Source: Balanoglossus misakiensis (taxonomy: Eukaryota; Animalia; Hemichordata). Taken from it: a DNA stretch of 64,000 bases. Positions 1 to 10,960 of this stretch are shown in pieces. The position numbers and the translations under genes were made by a program. The DNA is taken from assembly GCA_040954595.2 (NCBI GenBank), contig CM082584.2:2883344-2947343 (forward strand). The letters run 5' to 3'. The stretch's first letter is position 1. Each line of letters starts with the position of its first letter. The notes below the pieces were generated by a model that did not search any database, had not been told where the DNA came from, and saw nothing but the letters and a program-made list of their open reading frames with translations.

Positions 1-1089
1 GCCTGATATACTTTCTCATTGTCAAAATGATATTCCACAAAGGCTCTTGCAATATTGGTGCCTGCACCCCGCCCAGCCTTCTATCCTGCCTCTTGACAAG
101 GAGTCACTCCGTTCTGAAAATGGATCACAAATTTTCATGCATCAGATGATTGAGGCACGCACACCTATAAGTCAAATTTTAGGTCCTCCCAAACACTGAG
201 ATAATTTGCTTTTGAGTTCATAAAAATGCAACTTTGAGCTACATATTTTACAAAATTTTCTTATGTGGTAGGGTGACACCCCCTCGCACACCCCTCCCCC
301 TCCATTCTTCGCCACATATCATTTATTCGCTGGTTTGTCTAGTGTACCACGGCAGACTTCTACCCACCCTACCCCCGATGTTTACTTTGAGTGGAGTGGC
401 AAAATTAAAATTTGTCCTGCCTAACATTGAGTTAATTTGCTTTAGAGTTCATTCGAATGCAACTTTGAGCACCGTATTTTACAAAATTTTCTTAAATTTT
501 CTATTGTATTGACTTGTCATTTTATTTTGTTCATATATTTTTTTTTGCAACGATATACTATTATATATACTTCAATTACTTTAAGAAATTTATAATTGAG
601 GTGTGAGCCTCATTCCCTTTATTGCATACAGTGTACAAAGGATCAGCACGGCGAATGTTTTCAGCAGGGGGGGGGTCATCATATTTTGGGTCTGTCAAAG
701 GGGGGGGGTCATCATTTGTTGGTCCTGGGTGAAGGGGGGTCGGCCTGATTTTGAAAATCGATGACCCAAACTTGCCCCCCCCCCAGCCGTAAAAACAGTC
801 CCTAACGTGTGTATTCGATGCGAGCTGGAAGTCAAATGAACGGTTACTCCCGTTGGAACACCCATTCAAAATATGCAAATTAGGAAAAGACGCATATGCA
901 TTCTTTTCATCCCCAGAGACACACGCAGGAAATCAAGCAAGTGCGGCCACTAGCTGGAAGAGCTGAATTCAATGCATTGCCTTGTGATGTTCATGATACA
1001 GGGGGTGATGATCAATGAATAGAACAACAATTGATTGATTAACAAAGAAAGAAAGAAAGGAATGCAAATCGTTTCCACACCTGTATAAC

Positions 1090-1178
1090 ACCTGACCCGA
1101 CAGAGTGAGCAGTTTTGATTCAAAGGAAAATGACAAAATTATATGACATATGCTGCAAAATGCAAAGGGGTCTCTTTT
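1090..1178 (-). pseudogene. Degenerate ankyrin exon remnant
   Basis: Same acceptor context as the other units; KETPLHFAAY is readable only out of phase and is followed by a stop. The 3' limit is approximate. Confidence 0.45.
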
Positions 1179-1355
1179 CTGTAAGTCATGAAGGAAGAGC
1201 ATGAGAACAATGTCACAAAAATTGAAATGAAATGTGTTTTTTTATACAAACAAACAAACAAACAAACAAACAAACAAACAAACAAACAAACAAATAAATG
1301 AATAAATATATCTGCATTGATAGAATAAACCTGCAGAAGTCAGGTTGGTATTTAC

Positions 1356-1457
1356 CTTGTTTTGTATGTTAGCATCAGCTTTGTGTTCCAATAACAATCT
1401 GACAAGGCCTTCACCATCATCCCTCCTTGCTGCATCATGCGAAGGGGTGTCTCCATT
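1356..1457 (-). CDS. Ankyrin-repeat gene exon (NGDTPSHDAARRDDGEGLVRLLLEHKADANIQNK)
   Basis: 102-bp phase-0 exon, tacag/GTAAAT boundaries; flanking intron nearly identical to neighbouring units. Confidence 0.75.
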
Positions 1458-1527
1458 CTGTAAGTAATGAAGGAGGAGCATGAGAATAATGTCACAAAAA
1501 TTGAAATCTAATGTGAAATTTCCTTAA

Positions 1528-2119
1528 AGCCTCAGTATTTCTCGTAGGGGCAAAATTTTGTTCGAAATGGCATCTATAATTTCTAAAAGTACATGATAAT
1601 TGATACTGAATCGAACAGTCATCATCCCCAGCTCTGCTCATAAACTCATACAATTTACAATATAACGAGTGAAGAATGACTTTCTGTCCGGACAGAAAGT
1701 CAGGCTTTGTTGACACACGTGACTAGTGCGCATGCGCACTCAAATGTGAATATATGCGGAAGAGGTTTGGTCGCCCCAAATCAAGCGACTCAGCGAAGAA
1801 ATGAGCACTAATTCGGCGAAATTTTGGGAAGATAACTTTATGGGAGAAATCAGTCGATGGAACCAGATCAAATCCGAAAATGGTCTGACCATCAAATGTC
1901 AAAGTGGCACGTTTGCTGATCGACATGTACAACATTTCCGTTGTAAACAAACCCGCGCATCATTTCAAGTGTTACGGGCAATATTTACAGCTTGCACATA
2001 GCTACAGTTGCCCAAACCTTTCTTATATCTTCATTATGTAGTATTCCATAATGAATGTACGGGAAAAACGGACAATTTTCGATGATGAAAAATGGATACA
2101 CACGAGAAATACTGGGGCT
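1528..2119. mobile_element. Non-autonomous TIR element (Kolobok-like MITE), copy 1
   Basis: TTAA on both sides (1524-1527, 2120-2123); ~18-bp TIR AGCCTCAGTATTTCTCGT / ACGAGAAATACTGGGGCT; AG...CT termini with TTAA TSD fit Kolobok rather than piggyBac; near-identical copy at 30402-31004. Confidence 0.85.
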
Positions 2120-2205
2120 TTAAACAAACAAACAAACAAACAAATAAATGAATAAATATACCCGCATTGATAGAATAAACCTGCAGAAGTCAGGTTGGTA
2201 TTTAG

Positions 2206-2307
2206 CTTGTTTTGTATGTTAGCATCAGCTTTGTGTTCCAATAACAATCTGACACGGCCTTCACCAACATCCCTCCTTGCTGCAGAGTGCAAATGGGTGT
2301 CTCCCCA
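2206..2307 (-). pseudogene. Duplicated ankyrin exon with inactivated splice donor
   Basis: 102-bp paralog of exon 1356-1457 (WGDTHLHSAARRDVGEGRVRLLLEHKADANIQNK); donor reads CTAAAT where paralogs have GTAAAT. Confidence 0.7.
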
Positions 2308-2471
2308 CTGTAAGTAATGAAGGAGGAGCATGAGAACAATGTCACAAAAATTAAACGTAATGTGTAATTTTCCTTAAACAAAAAACAAAAAACAAACAAA
2401 CAAACACAAAATAAATGTATAAATCATTCCATACAGATAGATTAACCTGCAGAAGTCAAGTTGGTATTTAC

Positions 2472-2570
2472 CTGGGTTTGTATGGTAACATCAGCTTTGT
2501 GTTCCAATAACAATCTGACACAGCCTTCACCACCAAACCCTGCTGCATCATTCAAAGGGGTGACTCCATC
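2472..2570 (-). CDS. Ankyrin-repeat gene exon (DGVTPLNDAAGFGGEGCVRLLLEHKADVTIQTQ)
   Basis: 99-bp phase-0 exon, tacag/GTAAAT boundaries. Confidence 0.8.
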
Positions 2571-3388
2571 CTGTAAGTAATGAAAGAGAAGCATGGGAAC
2601 AATGTCACAAAAATTGAAATGTAATGTGAGGTTTCTTTAAACAAACAAACAAACAAACCTACAAATAAATAAACAAATATCAAAAGTATCAGCCATATTG
2701 CAAAAAACAACCAAGAATGGCATACTGACTGATTTGAAATGATAATCCACAGTCCTTCTACACACAAAATGAAAATTGCTGACTGTTAAAATGAATACAG
2801 ATCAAAGAATGACGGTGAAGAATCTCAATTGATTCTAACAGCGAGGAAAACGCTTTGACTGGTCATATAGTTTTTAACATTGGATGTTTTAGACTCCATA
2901 GCTTAACTAAGGATGGAGGGGATCTGGAAGATTTAAAAAAAGATTGCCAGCAAAATTTCAGAGATGGCTTGAAAAAAAATAAAAATTTGTTAACTTTGGT
3001 GAAACACAATAAAATCCATCAAAATTTACTTTCTGGAACATATTTATTCATTCGGAACAAATGTGTCAAATACACTATGGTTCAACATCTTTGGCTAAAT
3101 TGTAAAGATTGTTAAATTTAGAGTGCAATGTGTCCCACTGTCCTTCCTATGGCTGGATCCCAAGGGTATCATGTTTAGTAAAACTAAATCAGTATGGGTA
3201 ATACTTTTTGGCCTTTCCCTCTTCTTGTTCAGGGTTAGCTTGTTTCTTCCCATTGAATTTGGATCATGCAAAGTAATTTTGGATGAAAGTAAGAGTGTTG
3301 TAATTAGGTCTTTTTCAAAGGCATTTTTTTTATTATCCAATGGTGTGGCCACGTTATCCATAATAAAGTGATAAGTCAGTTCAAGTAC

Positions 3389-3487
3389 CTCATCCTTCGC
3401 ATTGACATCTGCACCATGGCTAATCAACACCCTGACAGCATCCAATTTACCTTTGAAGGACGCTGCATGCAATGCTGTGGAATCATT
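3389..3487 (-). CDS. Ankyrin-repeat gene exon (NDSTALHAASFKGKLDAVRVLISHGADVNAKDE)
   Basis: 99-bp phase-0 exon, ccag/GT boundaries, canonical TALH-AA-G...GADVNA ankyrin motif. Confidence 0.88.
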
Positions 3488-3632
3488 CTGGAATAAAGAC
3501 GTTTAATGTTGGAATAAAAATGACATCACAAATCTGATACTTGCAATGTGAGTCAACTGCTTGATCTTTTGATGAAGAAACTCTTGGAATTTCATCACAA
3601 TGAGACAATTCTCTATGACCAAAACACATGTA

Positions 3633-3809
3633 CAGTAAAACCCGTCTAATCCGAACACCAAAGGGACAGAAGAAATTGTTCAGTTTACAGACGTTTCCGG
3701 TTTGTAAAGGTTCTTTTAACACGTGGTTCTATGTCAAGGGGACAGGAAAATGTGTTCATTATAGACAGTTTTCCAGATACGGCATGTTCCATTTTGACAG
3801 GTATTACTG
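3633..3809. mobile_element. 177-bp Tc1/mariner-pogo-type MITE, copy 1
   Basis: TA|CAGTAAAACC ... GGTATTACTG termini; homologous copy of the same length at 26064-26240. Confidence 0.7.
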
Positions 3810-4639
3810 CATGTGGTTGAACCACATTGAACCAAACTGTAGACTGATACCATGTTCACACTAGGTAAAACTGGAACTGTTGATGAAAAAGTCCGCGCTG
3901 AATTGAGATTATTTATATTTGTGGGCTAGTGTAGGTCTGTTTTTGCACAATCTAAATGTGGTGTTGTGATATCATTTTGGGAGTGTGTGGTATTTTGGAA
4001 GTTCATAGATATCTAGTTGATTCATTGTTACTGTTGTGTGAAAAGCCAGTCACTCATAACCATTGATATTGAAATGTTTCTGAAACGTCTCTGCTCAAAT
4101 GCTGGCATAAAATATTACATGTGAACAGTTGAAGTGGTCCTGGAACATTTCAGGGGTTCAGCTAGTGCTACTACAGTAACAGCATCAGGGGTGCTATAGA
4201 AAGCGGCGTGGCAAACTGCAATGATGTATTTGCAAACAGAATAGTGCGATGGACCTTGAAAAATGCCCCAGTTGAGAATTAGTTCTTGCCACAGAGAATT
4301 TGAAACACCATAGTTGACCCCTAAAAATACTGCTTGCAGCAGACCTCTCCGTGTCTGTAAGTTTATCTTTGTGGAAGAATTGACATTAGGAATATCTTGT
4401 TTTCACCAAGAATCCATTTTATTTCAAGAAAATTCGTTATTTTAAAAATATATTTCTATTAAAAGTTGTTACTTACCAAAAACCCAGGCTGTCTATCGTT
4501 ATTTTGTTTGACGTAATTGAAATACAGTTTCACGCAATTTTTTTAAGTTCCTGCATTCACCGCATGTGAAAAATAAAATATCAAACGCTAGCCCTGAGCG
4601 ATGACTCTGTATAAAACAGTGGTCAATACGAACACTTAC

Positions 4640-4738
4640 CTGTCCTGGGTATTTACCCCTTGCATTGACATCATATCCATCAGCTATCAGCGACTGAATC
4701 TTTGCAACATCACCCTTCACTGCGGCATTGATTAGATT
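4640..4738 (-). CDS. Ankyrin-repeat gene exon (NLINAAVKGDVAKIQSLIADGYDVNARGKYPGQ)
   Basis: 99-bp phase-0 exon bounded by tacag/GTAAGT; encodes one 33-aa ankyrin repeat. Upstream exons and start codon not identified. Confidence 0.85.
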
Positions 4739-5331
4739 CTGTAACATTCAACAATCAACATTTCTTTCATCAAAATATTCTCAAAATGCAATCATAAACA
4801 GCAGTAATATAAAAGGAAAACATTGAAATCTTCATTAATGAAAAATAATGAAGCCAAAACATGATTATGTACGCCAATTTGAATAAAAATGATGACATCA
4901 TGTTGTGAGAAAACAAAGACAACACAATCACTCTTCTCCAAGACAAAGCAGCAAGATCTCCAAAGGGCAACAGGAAAACAGAAATACAAAACCGGTGCTG
5001 GCACTCTCAGGGAAAATAGACATTGCCTGCCCATAACATTTCCAGGAATTTTCAACAACAAAAAGACAATTTGGATTCACCTCCTATTGATGTGTTGGTA
5101 CCCCCTGGAAATTTAATTGTCAAAGGGGCACCTGAGTGCCCTTTAAAATGATGTTACTCACATGTTGAAGATATAACATTCCCCCTTGCCAGAGTGGAAT
5201 CACCCTCAAATATTCTGGCGAAGGGGGACATATACCCCCTGCTGATACCATCCTGAATAAAACACTGTCTGAATATATATATATATATATATATAGTAGA
5301 GTGTGCAAGGGAACTAAGGCTGTTTTGACAT

Positions 5332-5394
5332 AGGCGGTGTATTACTGTTCAGTTTCGTGTAAGCGGGGCCTACACTCGTCAGATACTGATGCCT
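5332..5394 (-). ncRNA. Type I hammerhead ribozyme (PLE 3' pLTR)
   Basis: Sense: AGGC atca GTAT CTGACGA GTGTAGG cccc/g CTTACAC GAAA CTGAACAG TA| ATAC acc GCCT; complete CUGAnGA / GAAA / UH core with stems I-III. Confidence 0.88.
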
Positions 5395-5453
5395 GAATGA
5401 TGGTGAAGGGTGTGGACAACAGGGAATTGGGTAGGGTGGATATGCAAATGGGC

Positions 5454-7615
5454 CTACATTTGAATGGGAGTGTGTATTGATTGGGGCTGTGTGGAGGGGT
5501 GTTGATTGGCCAGATTCTTCAGGAGGAATTTGCTGGAGTGGCGGCATGTGCTGACGAGTTCGTTACGTTTGTTGAGTGTGGCTAGTTTTGGTTTGCATAT
5601 GATGAAATATTTTTCCCAAAGACATAGGTTGCATCTGTTGCTGGTGGGGGTATAGGGGCTAGCTTGTTTTATTGTTTTCCATGTGGTTTTGTGTTCTATG
5701 TGCTCGTCCTTTAGTTTCCAAATGTATTTACTGAGTTCTGTACTGTTCTTTTTGGCGGCGTTCCTGAATGAGTCCTTGTGGTTGTTGAAGCGGGTCTTGA
5801 AGGTGTTGGCAGTTAGTCCGACGTAGGTTTGGTCCGGCTTGCTATCCTGCGTAGTAACGGTGGCTTGGTATACAATTGATTCGGTCAGGCAGTGTCCTGA
5901 CATTGGGCAGTTTGCAGGTGACCGGCAGTTGCATTGTTTTTTAGTGCTGTTGTCGTTGTTGCTGGAAAGTACCGATTTGTTGTGATTCTGGATGGTTTGT
6001 GCTGTGTTGCTCATGGTGCTGTAGCTTATTTTTACTGTGTTCCGGTTGAATATCTTGTGGAGGGTGTGGCTTGGTGGGAATTCTTCGTTAATTATTTTGA
6101 GGAACTCTCTCCCTATATGTGTGGCGACGTTTTTACTGTACGGTGGGGTGTACCATATTATGTTCCTGCTGCGGTTTCTCTTGTGGGCTTGTGGTTGTTC
6201 TGTTGGCGGCGAGAATTTCAGTTGATGTTTGTATCCGCTTTTGTAGATGGCCTGTTGGTATAGTGGTGCGGCCGTGTTGAAGCATTCGTCGTCATATGAA
6301 ATTTCTGAGAGTCGCTTGTTGATGGATTCTGGTATGTTTTTGAGGATTCCTGGTGGGTGGTTTGATTTGCTGTGGACGTATTGCGGTATGTTGTTGGGTT
6401 TCGTGTAGGGCTGGTATTTTCCGGTGGTTAGGTTCAGGGTGGTGTCGAGAAAGTTCACAATTTTTTTGTTGGCTTCGATTGTGATTTTCAGTCCATATTG
6501 GTTGAAGATGGCGCAGAGGTCTTTCTTTTTGCGTTCCACTTGTCGTGCTGACGCCTTGATTATACCGAGGCCGTCGTCCCTGTATAGGCCAAATTGGTTG
6601 CCGTGTTTTTTGGTGATCTCGTGGAGTATGAATGTGCCGACAAGCTCGCATGTTTCGGCGCCATCGTAGCTCCCCATGGTTACGTCAAATAGGTTGGATG
6701 ATGATTTTTTCGTCCATTGTTCATTTTCGTTGAAGAGGCATGATCTCTTGGCATGGGTGATAATTTCTTTTTCGTCATTGGTGATATTATCATGGTTGGA
6801 TGCAAATTCCAGCGCTGTGTTGAGCAGGTCGGCCGAGATGGATGGGTAAAAGTCTACCACATCGAATGCAATGAATGAATATTGGTGCTTGTTGGGGATG
6901 CTATTAAACCATTTTAGGACTGCTTTGGTGCTCTTCCATTGGTTGAGACCTGTCTTTGTGATGACTTTCTTGTTGATTCTGTCTAGTATTTGTTTGCTGA
7001 TTTTTCCGATTTCTGATTTTGCTGGGTTGATGAGGCGGCATGTAGGCTTGTTTTTGAAGTTGGGCTTATGGTCTTTCAGGGTTATGAATGCTTCCCTTTT
7101 GGCTGTGGTGTTGATTCTGTCACCAAGGTCTAGTTTTGCTGCAATGTGGGCGGCGTCGGTTTCGATCATTTTGGTGGTTTCCGGGGGGACCTTCTTATAT
7201 GACTTAGTAATGTTCTTGCTTAGTAAGGTATTGTAGGAAGGATGGTCCATCTTGTAAAAGTTGTTGGATTTGTCTGCTGGTACGAGGAGGTCCTGGGATT
7301 TCTTGATTTTGCTAACATCTGATGCTAGTTGTCTTTGGAAGCGGCAGTTAATATTTTGAAATTTTATGTTTTCGATCATGTTCAGCAGCCTGCCTTCAAA
7401 GCTTACCAATTCTTGAATTTGCGGTGGTGTTTTTTTTAGTTGAATCCGTATGTTTCTTTGTTTATGGCACGTGTTTCTGGGTTTAGAAAGAAGTAGGCTT
7501 TCCATCTCATGCGTCTGCATAGGTGCTCGGTTTTTTCTATCAGTTTCCTGTTGTACTCACGTTCTGATGGTAGTCCGATGTTCTTCGTTGAATAGTCAAA
7601 ACTTCTGGGTTCCAT
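5454..7615 (-). pseudogene. PLE polyprotein RT + GIY-YIG endonuclease (~720 aa), 1-nt frameshift near 7438
   Basis: N-term YSTKNI...RRMRWKAYFF; RT motifs FDVVDFYPSI, MGSYDGAE, LYRDDGL; GIY-YIG IVYQ...YVG..R...H with CNC..C..C linker. Restoring one C (AAC T[C]A AAA) joins the two ORFs. Confidence 0.9.
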
Positions 7616-7765
7616 GACAGTGGTATTTGCGAAGAGTGCTCGACACAAAGGAGCGTAGTAATACGATTTGGGAGTTCGTTGCAAGTACTGCTGGCAGAGT
7701 GCTCGATGGTGTAAATCCAGAGCTTGATAGTAGAGTGTGCAAGGGAACTAAGGCTGTTTTGACAT

Positions 7766-7828
7766 AGGCGGTGTATTACTGTTCAGTTTCGTGTAAGCGG
7801 GGCCTACACTCGTCAGATACTGATGCCT
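7766..7828 (-). ncRNA. Type I hammerhead ribozyme (PLE 5' pLTR)
   Basis: Identical to 5332-5394, 2434 bp upstream. Confidence 0.88.
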
Positions 7829-8138
7829 GAATGATGGTGAAGGGTGTGGACAACAGGGAATTGGGTAGGGTGGATATGCAAATGGGCCTACATTTGAATG
7901 GGAGTGTGTATTGATTGGGGCTGTGTGGAGGGGTGTTGATTGGCCAGATTCTTCAGGAGGAATTTGCTGGAGTGGCGGCATGTGCTGACGAGTTCGTTAC
8001 GTTTGTTGAGTGTGGCTAGTTTTGGTTTGCATATGATGAAATATTTTTCCCAAAGACATAGGTTGCATCTGTTGCTGGTGGGGGTATAGGGGCTAGCTTG
8101 TTTTATTGTTTTCCATGTGATTTTGTGTTCTATGTGCC

Positions 8139-9394
8139 ACCAATTTGGCCTATACAGGGACGACGGCCTCGGTATAATCAAGGCGTCAGCACGACAAGTG
8201 GAACGCAAAAAGAAAGACCTCTGCGCCATCTTCAACCAATATGGACTGAAAATCACAATCAAAGCCAACAAAAAAATTGTGAACTTTCTCGACACCACCC
8301 TGAACCTAACCACCGGAAAATACCAGCCCTACACGAAACCCAACAACATACCGCAATACGTCCACAGCAAATCAAACCACCCACCAGGAATCCTCAAAAA
8401 CATACCAGAATCCATCAACAAGCGACTCTCAGAAATTTCATATGACGACGAATGCTTCAACACGGCCGCACCACTATACCAACAGGCCATCTACAAAAGC
8501 GGATACAAACATCAACTGAAATTCTCGCCGCCAACAGAACAACCACAAGCCCACAAGAGAAACCGCAGCAGGAACATAATATGGTACACCCCACCGTACA
8601 GTAAAAACGTCGCCACACATATAGGGAGAGAGTTCCTCAAAATAATTAACGAAGAATTCCCACCAAGCCACACCCTCCACAAGATATTCAACCGGAACAC
8701 AGTAAAAATAAGCTACAGCACCATGAGCAACACAGCACAAACCATCCAGAATCACAACAAATCGGTACTTTCCAGCAACAACGACAACAGCACTAAAAAA
8801 CAATGCAACTGCCGGTCACCTGCAAACTGCCCAATGTCAGGACACTGCCTGACCGAATCAATTGTATACCAAGCCACCGTTACTACGCAGGATAGCAAGC
8901 CGGACCAAACCTACGTCGGACTAACTGCCAACACCTTCAAAACCCGCTTCAACAACCACAAGGACTCATTCAGGAACGCCGCCAAAAAGAACAGTACAGA
9001 ACTCAGTAAATACATTTGGAAACTAAAGGACGAGCACATAGAACACAAAATCACATGGAAAACAATAAAACAAGCTAGCCCCTATACCCCCACCAGCAAC
9101 AGATGCAACCTATGTCTTTGGGAAAAATATTTCATCATATGCAAACCAAAACTAGCCACACTCAACAAACGTAACGAACTCGTCAGCACATGCCGCCACT
9201 CCAGCAAATTCCTCCTGAAGAATCTGGCCAATCAACACCCTCCACACAGCCCCAATCAATACACACTCCCATTCAAATGTAGGCCCATTTGCATATCCAC
9301 CCTACCCAATTCCCTGTCGTCCACACCCTTCACCATCATTCAGGCATCAGTATCTGACGAGTGTAGGCCCCGCTTACACGAAACTGAACAGTAA
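8139..9394 (+). pseudogene. 5'-truncated inverted PLE ORF (YRDD to GIY-YIG)
   Basis: Protein nearly identical to the C-terminal ~390 aa of the minus-strand ORF; lacks the N-terminal RT. Confidence 0.9.
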
Positions 9395-9404
9395 TACACC
9401 GCCT
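9342..9404 (+). ncRNA. Type I hammerhead ribozyme (inverted PLE copy)
   Basis: CTGACGA 9354-9360, stem II GTGTAGG/CTTACAC, GAAA 9380-9383, GTA cleavage triplet 9391-9393, stem I GTAT/ATAC plus AGGC/GCCT. Confidence 0.88.
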
Positions 9405-10591
9405 ATGTCAAAACAGCCTTAGTTCCCTTGCACACTCTACTATCAAGCTCTGGATTTACACCATCAAGCACTCTGCCAGCAGTACTTGCAACGAACTCCC
9501 AAATCGTATATATATATATATATATATGGAAGAAAATGAGACAAAAGCCCCCTTAGCTCCTAATTTACAAAAACTGGGACAGTTAATGCCATAATACAAA
9601 TATAAAGCAATAACAATGTTTCTAATATAAAGAACTATGGTTTAGACACCCATCCATATTTCAAATCTCATTTGAACATTGTCATGTTGTAAGATGTACC
9701 ATTTTTTATCATTTTCAAAGACAGTGATGATACCGAAAAGCGTCCCCTTATCTGTGATAGTTTTGGGAACATGCATGGATAGCTATTGACCCTGAGTGTA
9801 TCACCACCAGGGGAGGGTAGAAATTCACAATCTTTCGACATTCATATGTTTTCCTTTTGTCATTCTGTATACACTTTCCTTCTGTAGTATTTCTCTAGCA
9901 ATTTATGTTTTAAGTATGTGAGAAATAACACAATAGCTTAATTACAGACACAATAATTGGTGTTCAAGAATGTGGTCGAAAAACAATTTGTTTCACTAAC
10001 AACAATGACATGAATAATTTTCTATCATTGCTACAAAAATGCTGGGAGTTGTGATCGTGCCTGGGGAGTGATGACTGCTGACAGTCTAAAGCTTGAGTAC
10101 CTGGGAAGGGTGCTAATTGCTCTGACTGACTCGATAACTCTACAATTAATGTGGATTTAATTAAATGTTGACAGAATGAAGAGTGCAGATATGAAGTCAA
10201 GTTTGGCCCACAAAACTTCAGTTATGTGTTCCACTATTTATGAAAAAGCAAATTAATTTAATAACTTCACATTGCAATAGTAAACCAAGTAGTCATTACC
10301 ATCACATGAATGTCGCCCAAAACCAACATGAGAACGTGGAATGAGAATTGTGTAATATTAATTGCAGCTTCCGCAATATATTTTGTTTGACCCATTATAT
10401 TTACATTTTGTGCAGGGATTGTTTTGCCATTTATGGCTGTGTATAATCGAATCTGCAAAACTGATAACAGTTTCATAAATACTGTGTGCCATCATGATTC
10501 TGACAAATAGATGCTTATTTTTCTTTGTAGTGCAGCTTGTATTTACTTATTGACTTTTTTACAGATACAGTCTTCAAAATCAAATGATTAG

Positions 10592-10759
10592 TGTTATGTT
10601 GTGGGTTACAGAACAACCATCGGACGGACACTGCTTAGTGGAACATTAACAACAACTTTAATCGGCCATGTCAGCAACTTACAAAGAACATTGAATCCTG
10701 GGAGTGACCTGTGACCTCGGGACCGTACCACTGTAATACAGGTAAGTATCCTCATAACA
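10592..10759 (-). repeat. 3' LTR of Gypsy-1
   Basis: 1 mismatch versus 15393-15560; preceded on the element strand by PPT AAAAAAGGGAGA (10760-10771). Confidence 0.95.
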
Positions 10760-10960
10760 TCTCCCTTTTTTATAACAAATGCAATATAGAAACTGAAAAT
10801 GCTCTCATGCAACAAAGAGTCAATGATTGTCCGAATGATTGTCCAACATCAATGTCAGAGTCTTTGTTCAGATAATCGCATATATAATCAGAGTCAAATC
10901 AAGCAATTTTGGTCAAATTGGTTTCTGAAATGATTTGAGCAAATATCAAATGTCAAAACT

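Larger units (their letters stand above)
5294..9508. mobile_element. Penelope-like retroelement insertion (Naiad-like): full copy plus upstream pLTR on minus (5294-8137) and 5'-truncated inverted copy on plus (8139-9508)
   Basis: 5294-5707 is repeated at 7728-8137; 8139-9440 is the reverse complement of ~5294-6600; both outer ends abut (TA)n (5273-5295, 9507-9527). Confidence 0.93.

Noticed and set aside
5454-7615. Selenocysteine-encoding Naiad (some Naiad PLEs use in-frame UGA)
   Set aside because: No in-frame TGA in the ORF; the zinc-binding positions are Cys codons; the only break is a 1-nt deletion.
7888-8313. 141-aa chimeric ORF across the PLE inversion
   Set aside because: Antisense RT sequence fused by chance to the GIY-YIG tail at the 8137/8139 junction.
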